A stretch of DNA of 40,129 nucleotides from Craspedostauros australis. Its lineage: Eukaryota. This document shows positions 31,785-40,129 of this stretch, piece by piece. Where the stretch lies: contig JALAGF010003234.1 in NCBI GenBank assembly GCA_030167865.1, positions 1-40,129 on the forward strand, given 5' to 3'. A program made the position numbers and the translations under genes. The notes beneath the pieces are model-generated. The model searched no databases and was not told where the DNA came from. It saw nothing but the letters and a program-made list of their open reading frames with translations. Positions within the stretch are counted from its first letter, which is position 1; every line of letters begins with the position of its first letter.

Positions 31785-34700
31785 ATGCAAGACGACAGCA
31801 ACCATGGCAGCAGCCGCAGCGGAGACGACGAGGGTGACAGGAAGACGTCGCGCTCCAACACGCGCAGGGAGCACAGAGTGCGTCGACAGGACCAGCGCAA
31901 CCAACCGTCGGTGTCTCCACTGCCCACGTCCGCGCAGCCCATCGCAACTCCCAGCACCAACGATAGCGGACGCAGCAGGACGGTCAGGTCCGCCAGGAAG
32001 ACAGGCTTTGTATCGCCCGCGTCGACGTCATCGCAGCGACGCAAGCTGACGGGGCTGCCGATGGTGCCCTCCCTCAATCCACCGCCATCGCCGGCGGCTC
32101 AGCTCAAGCATCCGTCGTCGCCGCGCAAGGCGAGACTCATCTCCAACAAGAACAACACGGTCAGCCCCGTTCGTGGCAAAGCTGGTCGCCGATCCTACGC
32201 GCAGCAGCATGGCGCTGTGGCTGTGGGTCCCAGGCACAGTGCGCACAGCAAGGAGGCCTCGCTGCTGTCGCCGTCCAACGTGTCACCCTGCGCAACGATA
32301 CAACGCGTCAGCACCAACAGTGCCGGGCTGTCTCCCACCTACGGCTCGCAGCAACGCAGCAACAATGAACGCCAACGACAGTCCTACGAGGCCCTGCAAC
32401 AGTCCATCCAGGCGGAACTCGATGGACACAGCGTCACAGACCACTCATCGCCGGGTGCGGTGCGTGTGCGCGGTATCGTCGGTGATGAGTACGAACAATC
32501 GTCTCCTTCGAGTTATCACGACGACACCGTAGAAGTCAACCTCAATGATAACCCCAATGGCAACCCCAATGGCAACCCCAATGACAATGGTAACGACACG
32601 ACCGACGTCATCTACCCCGGTTCCGACGACAGCGACGGCCGCTTCTACTCGGAACCCATGGCCATCCACTCGGGCCGGAGCGTCGGCACGCGTCCCGGAT
32701 CGGCCAGCGTCCTCTTTCCGTCGTCGGATCGGTTCACGGCCGACAGCAGCAAACTGAGCAGCAGCATGGAGTATTCCGGAGACTTCTCCATCAACACAAA
32801 AAAGACGGACACCGCACCCGTCCTCGAATCGGTTCTGGCGATCGACGATGACGTCGACTTTCGCAGACGCGCGCAACAAGAGGCGCATGCCAAGGTCCTC
32901 GCGACCGTCACGCAAGCGCAAATTGTCACGACCGACGACAAGCGGAGCGCGGAACAGTACCGCAGCAGGAAGCAGAAGCAGAAGGTCATTCTCCTCGTCG
33001 CCATCATTGCGACGTTGGCCATCATCGGCGGAATCGTGGGCTACTTTGTCAGTGCAGGTGGTGATGATGGTGGCAGCGACAACAAAGGCTCGCGCGGAAC
33101 GACGAATGTCACGCAACCCACGCCCGCACCCACCGTCATCGCCGATGTCGCGAGTCCGACGGCAGTGCCCGACAACCAGGCCAATCCCAACGACTCCTGC
33201 GAGACGGCCATCACCATTGCCTCCTTATCCGATCTCGTCATGCCCGGCACCACGGCCAACGCTCGCGCCGTCGACGAGACGGGCAACATCCCCGAGTGTC
33301 CGGGTCTCGATCTCGGCAATGGCCGCGGCGTGTGGTACAAGATGCAAAGCACTGCTGGCCAATTCCTCAAGGCTTCGCTGTGTTCCAACACCACCTTCGA
33401 TACGCAGGTATCCGTCTTTCAGGGATCGTCGTGCGACGCTCTCACCTGCCTTGCCGCCAACGACCAGCGTCTTGGATGCGGTGTCGGGGATCAGTCGCAA
33501 GTCACGTGGGAGATGCCGACACCAGTTGACGATACCACCAAGACGGATATCTACGTCCTCGTTCACGGCATCCGCGGTGTCACGGGCGACTACGGTCTGT
33601 CGCTGCAATCCATCGATCCGGCCGACTCATCCTGCGTCCGCCCCACGCCCATCCTCTCCGACGACACACCGGACGGTTCCATCGATGTCAGCATCATGAC
33701 TCGGTCCTTCGCGATCGGCACCATCGTCGGTCGCCCGCTCGTGCGCGACGAGGTGCCCTCCATTCCAAACTGCCAAGACGTCGACTACACGTCCGTCGGT
33801 GCGTGGCACATGTTCGAATCAGCCTCCACCGGTTTCCTGCAAGCCGAGATCACGGGCGATTTCGATAGCCGTATCTCCATCTTCCGCAAGCAGGATGCGG
33901 GTGTCGATGCCTGCGATGACAATCTGCGATGCGTTCTGGCCAGCGATACGGGCAAGGTCATGTTCACGGTCGAGCGTGGCGATCGGTACTACGTCTTGGT
34001 GCATCATCGCGGCCGGGCCCCAACACGTCATGATTACACGCTGACGCTGTCGCCGGGCGGTGTTCTGCGGCCCGAAGATCCGCCCATCGATCACAGCGGG
34101 TTGCAGACGGGCAGCAACCGCAAATGTGACATGTCCAGATTCATTCCGATGCAGGCGAGCAATGTGTCGTCGTTGCGCATGGGAAAGGCATCGGGCAATA
34201 CCCACTTTGGTTCCATCACGCCCGTCCCCACATGCGGCGGATTCGAACAATTCTTCTCGGCCACGTCGCAAGGGCTGTGGTACCGCGTGGAAGGAGATGG
34301 CAAGATCATCACGGCGTCGACGTGCGGCACCGAGGCCAAGTTCGGAAACTTCGACACGCAGATGACGGTCTTCTTCGGCACGGATTGCGACGACCTCAGC
34401 TGCGTCGCCGCCAACGATCAAGCGGCGTGCGGCGATTTCAGCACCGTCTCGTGGTTCGCGCTGCCACGACAGCAGTATCTCATTTACATTCACGGCGTCG
34501 GCACGCGCACGGGCATCTTCAATCTCACCGTCGAAGATGAAGACATAATTTCAGAAAATGACTGCGACGATGCCATCTCCGCGCAGCTCGGTGTCTCCAT
34601 CGTCGGCACGTATGCAAACGCCACGATCGGGGCGCCCAACCAATGCTCCAATCAAATCAACGCGCCGGCCACCAAGTCGGTCTGGTACAGCGTGCGCGGG

Positions 34701-36629
34701 ACGGGTCAAGAGATGATCGCGACGACGTGCGATCCGATCGGTGAGTTGGATTCCGTCGCCAAGATCGCCTTGTTCAACAACGGCGACGCCATCGCGATTG
34801 GAACCGGTGGTGGCAACAACACTCCGGATGCACTTCTCGCAGGAGATCCAGCACTGCAACCGAATTGCGACAACATCCAGTGCGTGAATGTGGTCATGGA
34901 GCATCACTGCGAATCGCAGCAGACCATTCTTTGGAAATCTGACGAGGGCGTGGACTATCGACTGCAGATCCTTGGCGAAGCGCAGAACAGGCGGGAAGTC
35001 TTCGTTCTCACCGTGGATAACGCGCCAACAAACCTGCGATGTGACGGTGCCATCACCGAGTCCAATCCGTGGCTCCAAGCATCTCCGATCTACGGGTACA
35101 GCTACATCGGAGGCCACGACCGCGGTGGTTTCACTGCCAACAGCCAGTGCGACGCGTCGCTCACGGGAAACTCCCTGGGATCGTGGCACAAGTTCAAGGC
35201 TCCCGACGGTGCCGACGCCATCATGTCGGCATCGGCCTGCTTTGACCAAACATCGTTCGATGTCAAGATCACAGTCTTTGCCGGTGACAGCTGCGGCAAT
35301 CTGCAATGCGTCACCGCGAATGAAGGATTCACGTGCGGAGACGGCAGCTCGGCCATCTGGCAGGCAGAGCCGAATGTTGAATATCACATCCTCGTCCAGG
35401 GCGCCGATCCGATGGCGACAGGTCCGTACAGTCTGCGCATTGGGGCAGAGAACCAGATTTGCGAGTCCTTGATTCCAATCGATGTGGACGCGCTGGAAGC
35501 GACTACCGGTTCGTTGCAACTGGGTGCTTCGCCCAACATGCCAGGCGTCTCCTGCTTTCCAGTCAATTTGGCCCTGTCGAGATCCTCCGTCTGGTACGGA
35601 GTCCGAGGAAACGGACAGTATCTGCGAGCATCGACGTGCCATCCAGAGACCGATTTCAATGCCAGGGTGACCGTGTACGAAGGCACTTGCAAGAAGCCCA
35701 CCTGCGTGGGAATGCTCGATGACGACGACAAGGTCTGCGGCGAAGACAAGGGCAGCATTACGTGGTACGCGGAACGAGGTGCGACATACTTTATCCTGGT
35801 GCACGGTGATCGATCCGGTAACTTCGGGCTTTCCGTTGACACCGTCCAGAACCATGATTGCGCAAGCGCGATCGACGCACGCGCAATAGGTGCACGCAAC
35901 GCCGTCCCCTTCGAACCCGCCGATCCTGTCGTTGGCGGCAGCGACGTCTGCGGCGCCGTGCCTCCCGAAAATCTGGCGGCGTGGTTCACGGTGATGGGCA
36001 GCGGCGGCAACATTCTCGTTGATGACTGTCAGGTATCCGGGGACACGAACCAGATCCAAACCTCCATCATGGAAGTGGATGCAATCGCAACCGGAAGCGA
36101 CACAGCATGCGATGCCCTGAGCTGCACAAACACCGCCAATGCGACGAAATGTATTCAGCATTTCCCGACAGTGTACGGACAGGAGTACAAGGTCCTTGTC
36201 AACAAGCAACCGGATTTCCCGACTTGGGAAGAGAGCTTCGTGGGAATCTCATCACCCAACGGCATTTGCAGCAATGCACACGGCCCCATCCCAGTCGGCA
36301 TGAGCGTGCGCGGTTCCACCGACAACATGAGAATCGACGATGCGTACGGCAAGTGCGAAGATGCCAACAGCGCCGTCGATGGCGCTTGGTTCATGGTGCG
36401 AGGTACCGGCAAAACGATCACGGCCTTCACGTGCAGTCCCTTCACGAATATCGTCGCGCAAATCGCCATCCTCACCGGCACCTGCGACGATCTGCAGTGC
36501 GTCAAGGGGAGAGTCCGAAACTGCGGCGAAAGCGCCTGGGCGTCCTTCGAGACCGAAGTCGATCAGATGTACTACATTCACGTCGGTGCCGAAGAAGACA
36601 CCGGCGATTTCGTATTGACGCTGTCTTAG
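31785..36629 (+). CDS. Type II single-pass membrane protein (1614 aa), paralogue of 24679..30027, with eight Cys-rich beta-sandwich-like (PPC-like) repeats
   Basis: Single ORF. TM VILLVAIIATLAIIGGIVGYFV at 32985-33050 is preceded by RSRKQKQK and followed by a TQPTPAPT linker. Eight copies of the same repeat consensus lie in about 33189-36626. Confidence 0.92.
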   Translation: MQDDSNHGSSRSGDDEGDRKTSRSNTRREHRVRRQDQRNQPSVSPLPTSAQPIATPSTNDSGRSRTVRSARKTGFVSPASTSSQRRKLTGLPMVPSLNPPPSPAAQLKHPSSPRKARLISNKNNTVSPVRGKAGRRSYAQQHGAVAVGPRHSAHSKEASLLSPSNVSPCATIQRVSTNSAGLSPTYGSQQRSNNERQRQSYEALQQSIQAELDGHSVTDHSSPGAVRVRGIVGDEYEQSSPSSYHDDTVEVNLNDNPNGNPNGNPNDNGNDTTDVIYPGSDDSDGRFYSEPMAIHSGRSVGTRPGSASVLFPSSDRFTADSSKLSSSMEYSGDFSINTKKTDTAPVLESVLAIDDDVDFRRRAQQEAHAKVLATVTQAQIVTTDDKRSAEQYRSRKQKQKVILLVAIIATLAIIGGIVGYFVSAGGDDGGSDNKGSRGTTNVTQPTPAPTVIADVASPTAVPDNQANPNDSCETAITIASLSDLVMPGTTANARAVDETGNIPECPGLDLGNGRGVWYKMQSTAGQFLKASLCSNTTFDTQVSVFQGSSCDALTCLAANDQRLGCGVGDQSQVTWEMPTPVDDTTKTDIYVLVHGIRGVTGDYGLSLQSIDPADSSCVRPTPILSDDTPDGSIDVSIMTRSFAIGTIVGRPLVRDEVPSIPNCQDVDYTSVGAWHMFESASTGFLQAEITGDFDSRISIFRKQDAGVDACDDNLRCVLASDTGKVMFTVERGDRYYVLVHHRGRAPTRHDYTLTLSPGGVLRPEDPPIDHSGLQTGSNRKCDMSRFIPMQASNVSSLRMGKASGNTHFGSITPVPTCGGFEQFFSATSQGLWYRVEGDGKIITASTCGTEAKFGNFDTQMTVFFGTDCDDLSCVAANDQAACGDFSTVSWFALPRQQYLIYIHGVGTRTGIFNLTVEDEDIISENDCDDAISAQLGVSIVGTYANATIGAPNQCSNQINAPATKSVWYSVRGTGQEMIATTCDPIGELDSVAKIALFNNGDAIAIGTGGGNNTPDALLAGDPALQPNCDNIQCVNVVMEHHCESQQTILWKSDEGVDYRLQILGEAQNRREVFVLTVDNAPTNLRCDGAITESNPWLQASPIYGYSYIGGHDRGGFTANSQCDASLTGNSLGSWHKFKAPDGADAIMSASACFDQTSFDVKITVFAGDSCGNLQCVTANEGFTCGDGSSAIWQAEPNVEYHILVQGADPMATGPYSLRIGAENQICESLIPIDVDALEATTGSLQLGASPNMPGVSCFPVNLALSRSSVWYGVRGNGQYLRASTCHPETDFNARVTVYEGTCKKPTCVGMLDDDDKVCGEDKGSITWYAERGATYFILVHGDRSGNFGLSVDTVQNHDCASAIDARAIGARNAVPFEPADPVVGGSDVCGAVPPENLAAWFTVMGSGGNILVDDCQVSGDTNQIQTSIMEVDAIATGSDTACDALSCTNTANATKCIQHFPTVYGQEYKVLVNKQPDFPTWEESFVGISSPNGICSNAHGPIPVGMSVRGSTDNMRIDDAYGKCEDANSAVDGAWFMVRGTGKTITAFTCSPFTNIVAQIAILTGTCDDLQCVKGRVRNCGESAWASFETEVDQMYYIHVGAEEDTGDFVLTLS

Positions 36630-37027
36630 AGAGAGAGAGAGAGAGAGAACGTGGATGTTCTGTATTCGAAGACGATGCGGATGGCAGAGCACTGCGTCAT
36701 ACTTTACTCGAGAGAGACTGAAAGAGGAAGCGACGTAAGTTACCTTCAAACAATTTAGAATATTATATTATATCATGCCAGTACGAGCATGGCAATGTGT
36801 GAAATCGCGACAGAAGTCGGTGGTCGAGTCGCCCGATTTATAGAGGCAGATGGGGTCATGTCAAACAAGGTTGCGCAGGCAGCAATCTCGGCGACTTGGA
36901 GATGAACCTTCGGAAAGGTGATGATGTTCGTGGACGATCCCAAAATGGCGCGATCCGCAAACATTCATTCAACCGCAGACGCACAACGCAACGCACTTGG
37001 AGTTGCCATTCCGCATTCAACTCATAA

Positions 37028-37075
<48 letters not shown>
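37028..37075 (+). repeat. (AATC)12 microsatellite just upstream of the cupin start codon
   Basis: Twelve perfect AATC units ending 25 nt before ATG 37101. Confidence 0.95.
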
Positions 37076-37077
<2 letters not shown>

Positions 37078-37100
37078 GCATAATTCACAAAGCAGCCAAC

Positions 37101-37997
37101 ATGAAGATCAACGCCAACTTCAAAGCGTTCGCAGCCGTTCAGTTCGATGCCTCCAAGTACATTGCCTCTCCAGCCTACGGTGTCAACCGGTTCATGCTGG
37201 ATCGCATCGGTAATGAGAAGGTGCGTGTGTTTGAAGTGGATATGATGGATATGATGAACATATAATAGATTGCTTGTGATAACACAGCGCAACATAACGC
37301 ACCATAGCTCTTGTATCAACCAACACTGACTCTCACGCCATCCTCAACCAACTATTCTATTGTATAATATTATACATCACAACAGGCCCGCGCCACGACC
37401 ATCGTCCAGTACCAGCCCAACTCGAAATTCCCCGAACATGAACATATCGGCGGCGAAGAATTCCTCGTGCTCGAAGGTACCTTCAAGGACCAGTTCGGCG
37501 CATTCCCCAAGGGCACCTACGTGCGCAATCCTATCCACAGCAAGCACGCACCGTGGGTCGATGACGATGGTTGCACGATCATGGTGAAATTGCTTCAGAT
37601 GGCCGAGACGGGGGAAGGCACGCAGCCGTTGCATATTGATATTGAGGCAGGCAAAACGAAGGATGGCATGACGACGGACTCCGGAACCGTGCTGGATATG
37701 TACCACAACGACAAGACGGGCGAGCATGTGCAAATGTGTTGGATTGCACCGAATGCGTACTTGGCGTGGGACGATCGTGGTCTTGGCGGTGAAGAGCTGT
37801 TCGTCTTCGATGGGTCGTTGGAAATGAAGGAGAGTTATCCCAAATGGGGATGGCTGCGATTTCCAGCTGCAAAGGCAATGGATGACGATCGCAAAATCTT
37901 GAAGGCAGGCAAGGACGGAGCGACTGTGTTGCGCAAGATGGGGCATCTCACAGACGATGCGCTGAGTATGGAGAAGATACAGATTACGGAAGATTAG
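37101..37997 (+). CDS. ChrR-like double cupin-domain protein of bacterial type, 2 exons (37101-37220, 37386-37997), 243 aa
   Basis: Splicing GAGAAG|GTGCGT...AACAG|GCCCGC gives MKINANF...[74 protein letters not shown]...GCTIMVKLLQM. This is the typical bacterial ChrR cupin-like (Cupin_7) pattern. Confidence 0.92.
37221..37385 (+). other. Spliceosomal intron (165 nt, phase 0) in the cupin gene
   Basis: GT...CAG boundaries, AT-rich, contains stop codons and a CTGAC branch-like motif. Removal restores the LDRIG.E.ARAT motif. Confidence 0.9.
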
Positions 37998-38134
37998 GAT
38001 TCATTGGGAGTTGAGTTATCTAAGTAGAGTACGTTATGCATATTCATGTTCGCAAACTCCATCGCGCTGTTGGTAATAGAAACCTGCCTACTTGTATGAA
38101 ACCGCTGTACCACTCTGCGCCACGCCACGCCACG

Positions 38135-39232
38135 CTACAACACCAGATCCCCATGCTGAACATCGGCCAGAAACAATCCTTGCGGCGGTGCCGTGATGGA
38201 AGCCGCTTGGCGATCTTTCGCCTCCAAAATGTGTCTCATATCCTCCGGCTTGAGCCGCCCGGCACCCACATCGACCAAGCATCCGACCATGTTGCGGACT
38301 TGACGATACAGGAAGCTGTTGCCGACAATACGAATCGTGATTAATCTCGGGTTGGCATCAGATGTGACGCCCAAGCCGAGCAGCCCGCCGGGCTCATTCA
38401 CGTCATCAAAGGCCGACACAACACCACACGGTTGACTGTGCACCGCTATCTGCTGCATCGTCACGATCGCATCGCTGCGTTGGCAATGCGCCGCGCGAAA
38501 TGACGTGAAGTCGTGCGTGCCAACCAAATAGCGCGCCGCCTGTTGCATCGCCGCGACATCCAAAACTCGTTGCATATGCCAGGATCTGTCCCATTCAAAT
38601 GGCGCACCCCAGTCGTCGGCATTCCAAATGCGGTAGATGTAGGCGCGCCGCGTCGCGCTGAACCGCGCATTCCAATCAACGATGGGTGGCTGATGCGCAT
38701 GCAGATTTTGGTATGCGGTATTGTCCATGACCTGCGGTGGGCGGACGCAATTCAGGATCCTGCATTCCTGACTGATGGAATGGCGCGTCCAGTCGTGGCC
38801 CAGGTTCCGGTACGTCGACAGATCGTTGCGATACCGCTTCCTGGCACGATGATGCCGATCCCAGTAAGTCTCCTGCCTCGCGAGGTGGAAGTTGAGCGCC
38901 TTGCGCATCGTCGTGTGGGCCTTGTCGTCGCTGCGCAGGTTCAGAGAATGCCGCAGGTCGACGTGGAAGGTGTTCTTGAGCGCATGCACGCCTCTGTCGG
39001 TTCGCGAGCTGACCTGCACGTTCTCGAAGTTGTCCGCGCCAACGAAGGAAGCCAACGCTTCTCGCACCCTGCCCTCCACGCTGCGGTATCCGCGAAGATC
39101 CGTGCCGTCCTCCAGAACTCGATCCTCCCGATTGCCTTGGTCCGAGAATCCCAGAAACGATGCCCCGTGGTATTGGATCGAGAACGCGTATCGCACGAAG
39201 CCATCGGCACGTCGGATGGGGGCCGCCATCAT
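38135..39232 (-). CDS. truA: tRNA pseudouridine synthase, TruA family (365 aa)
   Basis: RYAFSIQYHGASFLGF, catalytic SSRTDRGVHA, ARFSATRRAYIYRI, LVGTHDFTSF, GNSFLYRQVRNMVGCL and TAPPQGLFL. Confidence 0.95.
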   Translation of the reverse strand: MMAAPIRRADGFVRYAFSIQYHGASFLGFSDQGNREDRVLEDGTDLRGYRSVEGRVREALASFVGADNFENVQVSSRTDRGVHALKNTFHVDLRHSLNLRSDDKAHTTMRKALNFHLARQETYWDRHHRARKRYRNDLSTYRNLGHDWTRHSISQECRILNCVRPPQVMDNTAYQNLHAHQPPIVDWNARFSATRRAYIYRIWNADDWGAPFEWDRSWHMQRVLDVAAMQQAARYLVGTHDFTSFRAAHCQRSDAIVTMQQIAVHSQPCGVVSAFDDVNEPGGLLGLGVTSDANPRLITIRIVGNSFLYRQVRNMVGCLVDVGAGRLKPEDMRHILEAKDRQAASITAPPQGLFLADVQHGDLVL

Positions 39233-39890
39233 TTATGGTTAAAAAGACGAGCGCTGTGCCTTTGGTTGGTCAGGATGACATTCGGAGGTTGGCATAGATG
39301 TGGCTATGTCTGTAGCCATAGATTTAGACGCAGGCCCAGATATAAATGTAGGGAAGGTCTCGATGGCTTGGCATTGCTATGGTTTGTTGCCTTCTGTCAT
39401 TGTTTCCTTCTGCAGAGAAGCGAGAGCTTGAAAAAGTGATGTGTTGGTGGACTGGATCGAGTCACAACTCGTGACTCAACAAGATCTGTCGAGATCTGTC
39501 GGTGGGAGATGGAGAAAGATCAAGAAGCAAGGCCAAACGGAGACCTCAAGGAAAGAGAGATAGACAGATAGAGGGGGAGATGGAGTGGATGTGATCCACG
39601 GAACTATTTTATGATATGTTCAATACAAGTTCCTATTATACTTGTTGATGGGAATTCAGGGACGGCAATAGTCGCTTGAGTGTTGAGTATCGACGGGTGT
39701 TCTGCCAATCTGTCTGAACGAAACAGTTTGAAATTGATTCTGTTGCGGATGATGACGAAGGACATGGCGGTCTCCTCAGTCTCATTCCGCCCAATCTTTC
39801 CCTCCTCCCAACCAAACACCATCCACCGCCCACCGCCATTTCAGATTCACGTTGGGTCAGTTGATTGGATCAAAGTGCACTGCCCTCCAT

Positions 39891-40086
39891 TCATTCTTTC
39901 GACTGATCGCTGCCTGATGCCGCGGATCGGAATTCCGCGCACTCGATGAAATACCCGTACGCCATGTCGGCTGTCGTCCCAACGGCACCGGCCGCAATCA
40001 TTGGAATCAGACCCTTCTTGTATCGCAGAGAGTACGCGGTTCCCAAGCCCACTGCGCCGACGCAGAATCTATATTGCCCCAGGAGA
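39891..40086 (-). CDS. Terminal exon of a small two-helix membrane protein (5' part lies outside the window)
   Basis: After a CA-rich intron-like tract and a CAG acceptor (alternative TAG acceptor giving an exon start at 40068), the - strand reads LLGQYRFCVGAVGLGTAYSLRYKKGLIPMIAAGAVGTTADMAYGYFIECAEFRSAASGSDQSKE*. It has two Gly-rich hydrophobic segments and coding-like codon usage. Confidence 0.72.
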
Positions 40087-40129
40087 CTGTCGTCGGCGTG
40101 TTGTATCGTGTTGTGCCGTGCGGTGGGGG

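Noticed and set aside
34551-36209. 552-aa antisense ORF within the 1614-aa gene
   Set aside because: Shadow ORF on the opposite strand of a strongly biased CDS; it has no domain-like features.

Overview
Gene-dense eukaryotic nuclear DNA that looks like a diatom (stramenopile). The evidence is a theta-type carbonic anhydrase, a stand-alone HA-domain protein, short GT-AG introns and microsatellite-rich UTRs; the species cannot be determined from the sequence. I support 13 protein-coding genes. In order they are: an LCIB-family/theta carbonic anhydrase (2 exons), a 1987-aa repeat-rich disordered protein, an RVxF/'GDNP'-motif protein, a 2x helicase-associated-domain protein, an atypical mitochondrial carrier, a C9orf85/DUF2039 homologue, a trypsin with a duplicated Cys-rich module, PET100, two head-to-head paralogous single-pass membrane proteins with 5 and 8 Cys-rich beta-sandwich-like repeats, a bacterial-type ChrR-like double cupin (2 exons), a TruA pseudouridine synthase, and the last exon of a small membrane protein that the ORF track missed. 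I found no tRNA, rRNA, CRISPR array or recognisable transposase. The most unexplained signal is a ~230-nt intergenic segment (14708-14935). It hand-folds into a nested multi-branch RNA structure with G-U pairs favouring the + strand, and it matches no ncRNA family I recognise. All assignments come from reading motifs by eye; no database search or folding program was run.
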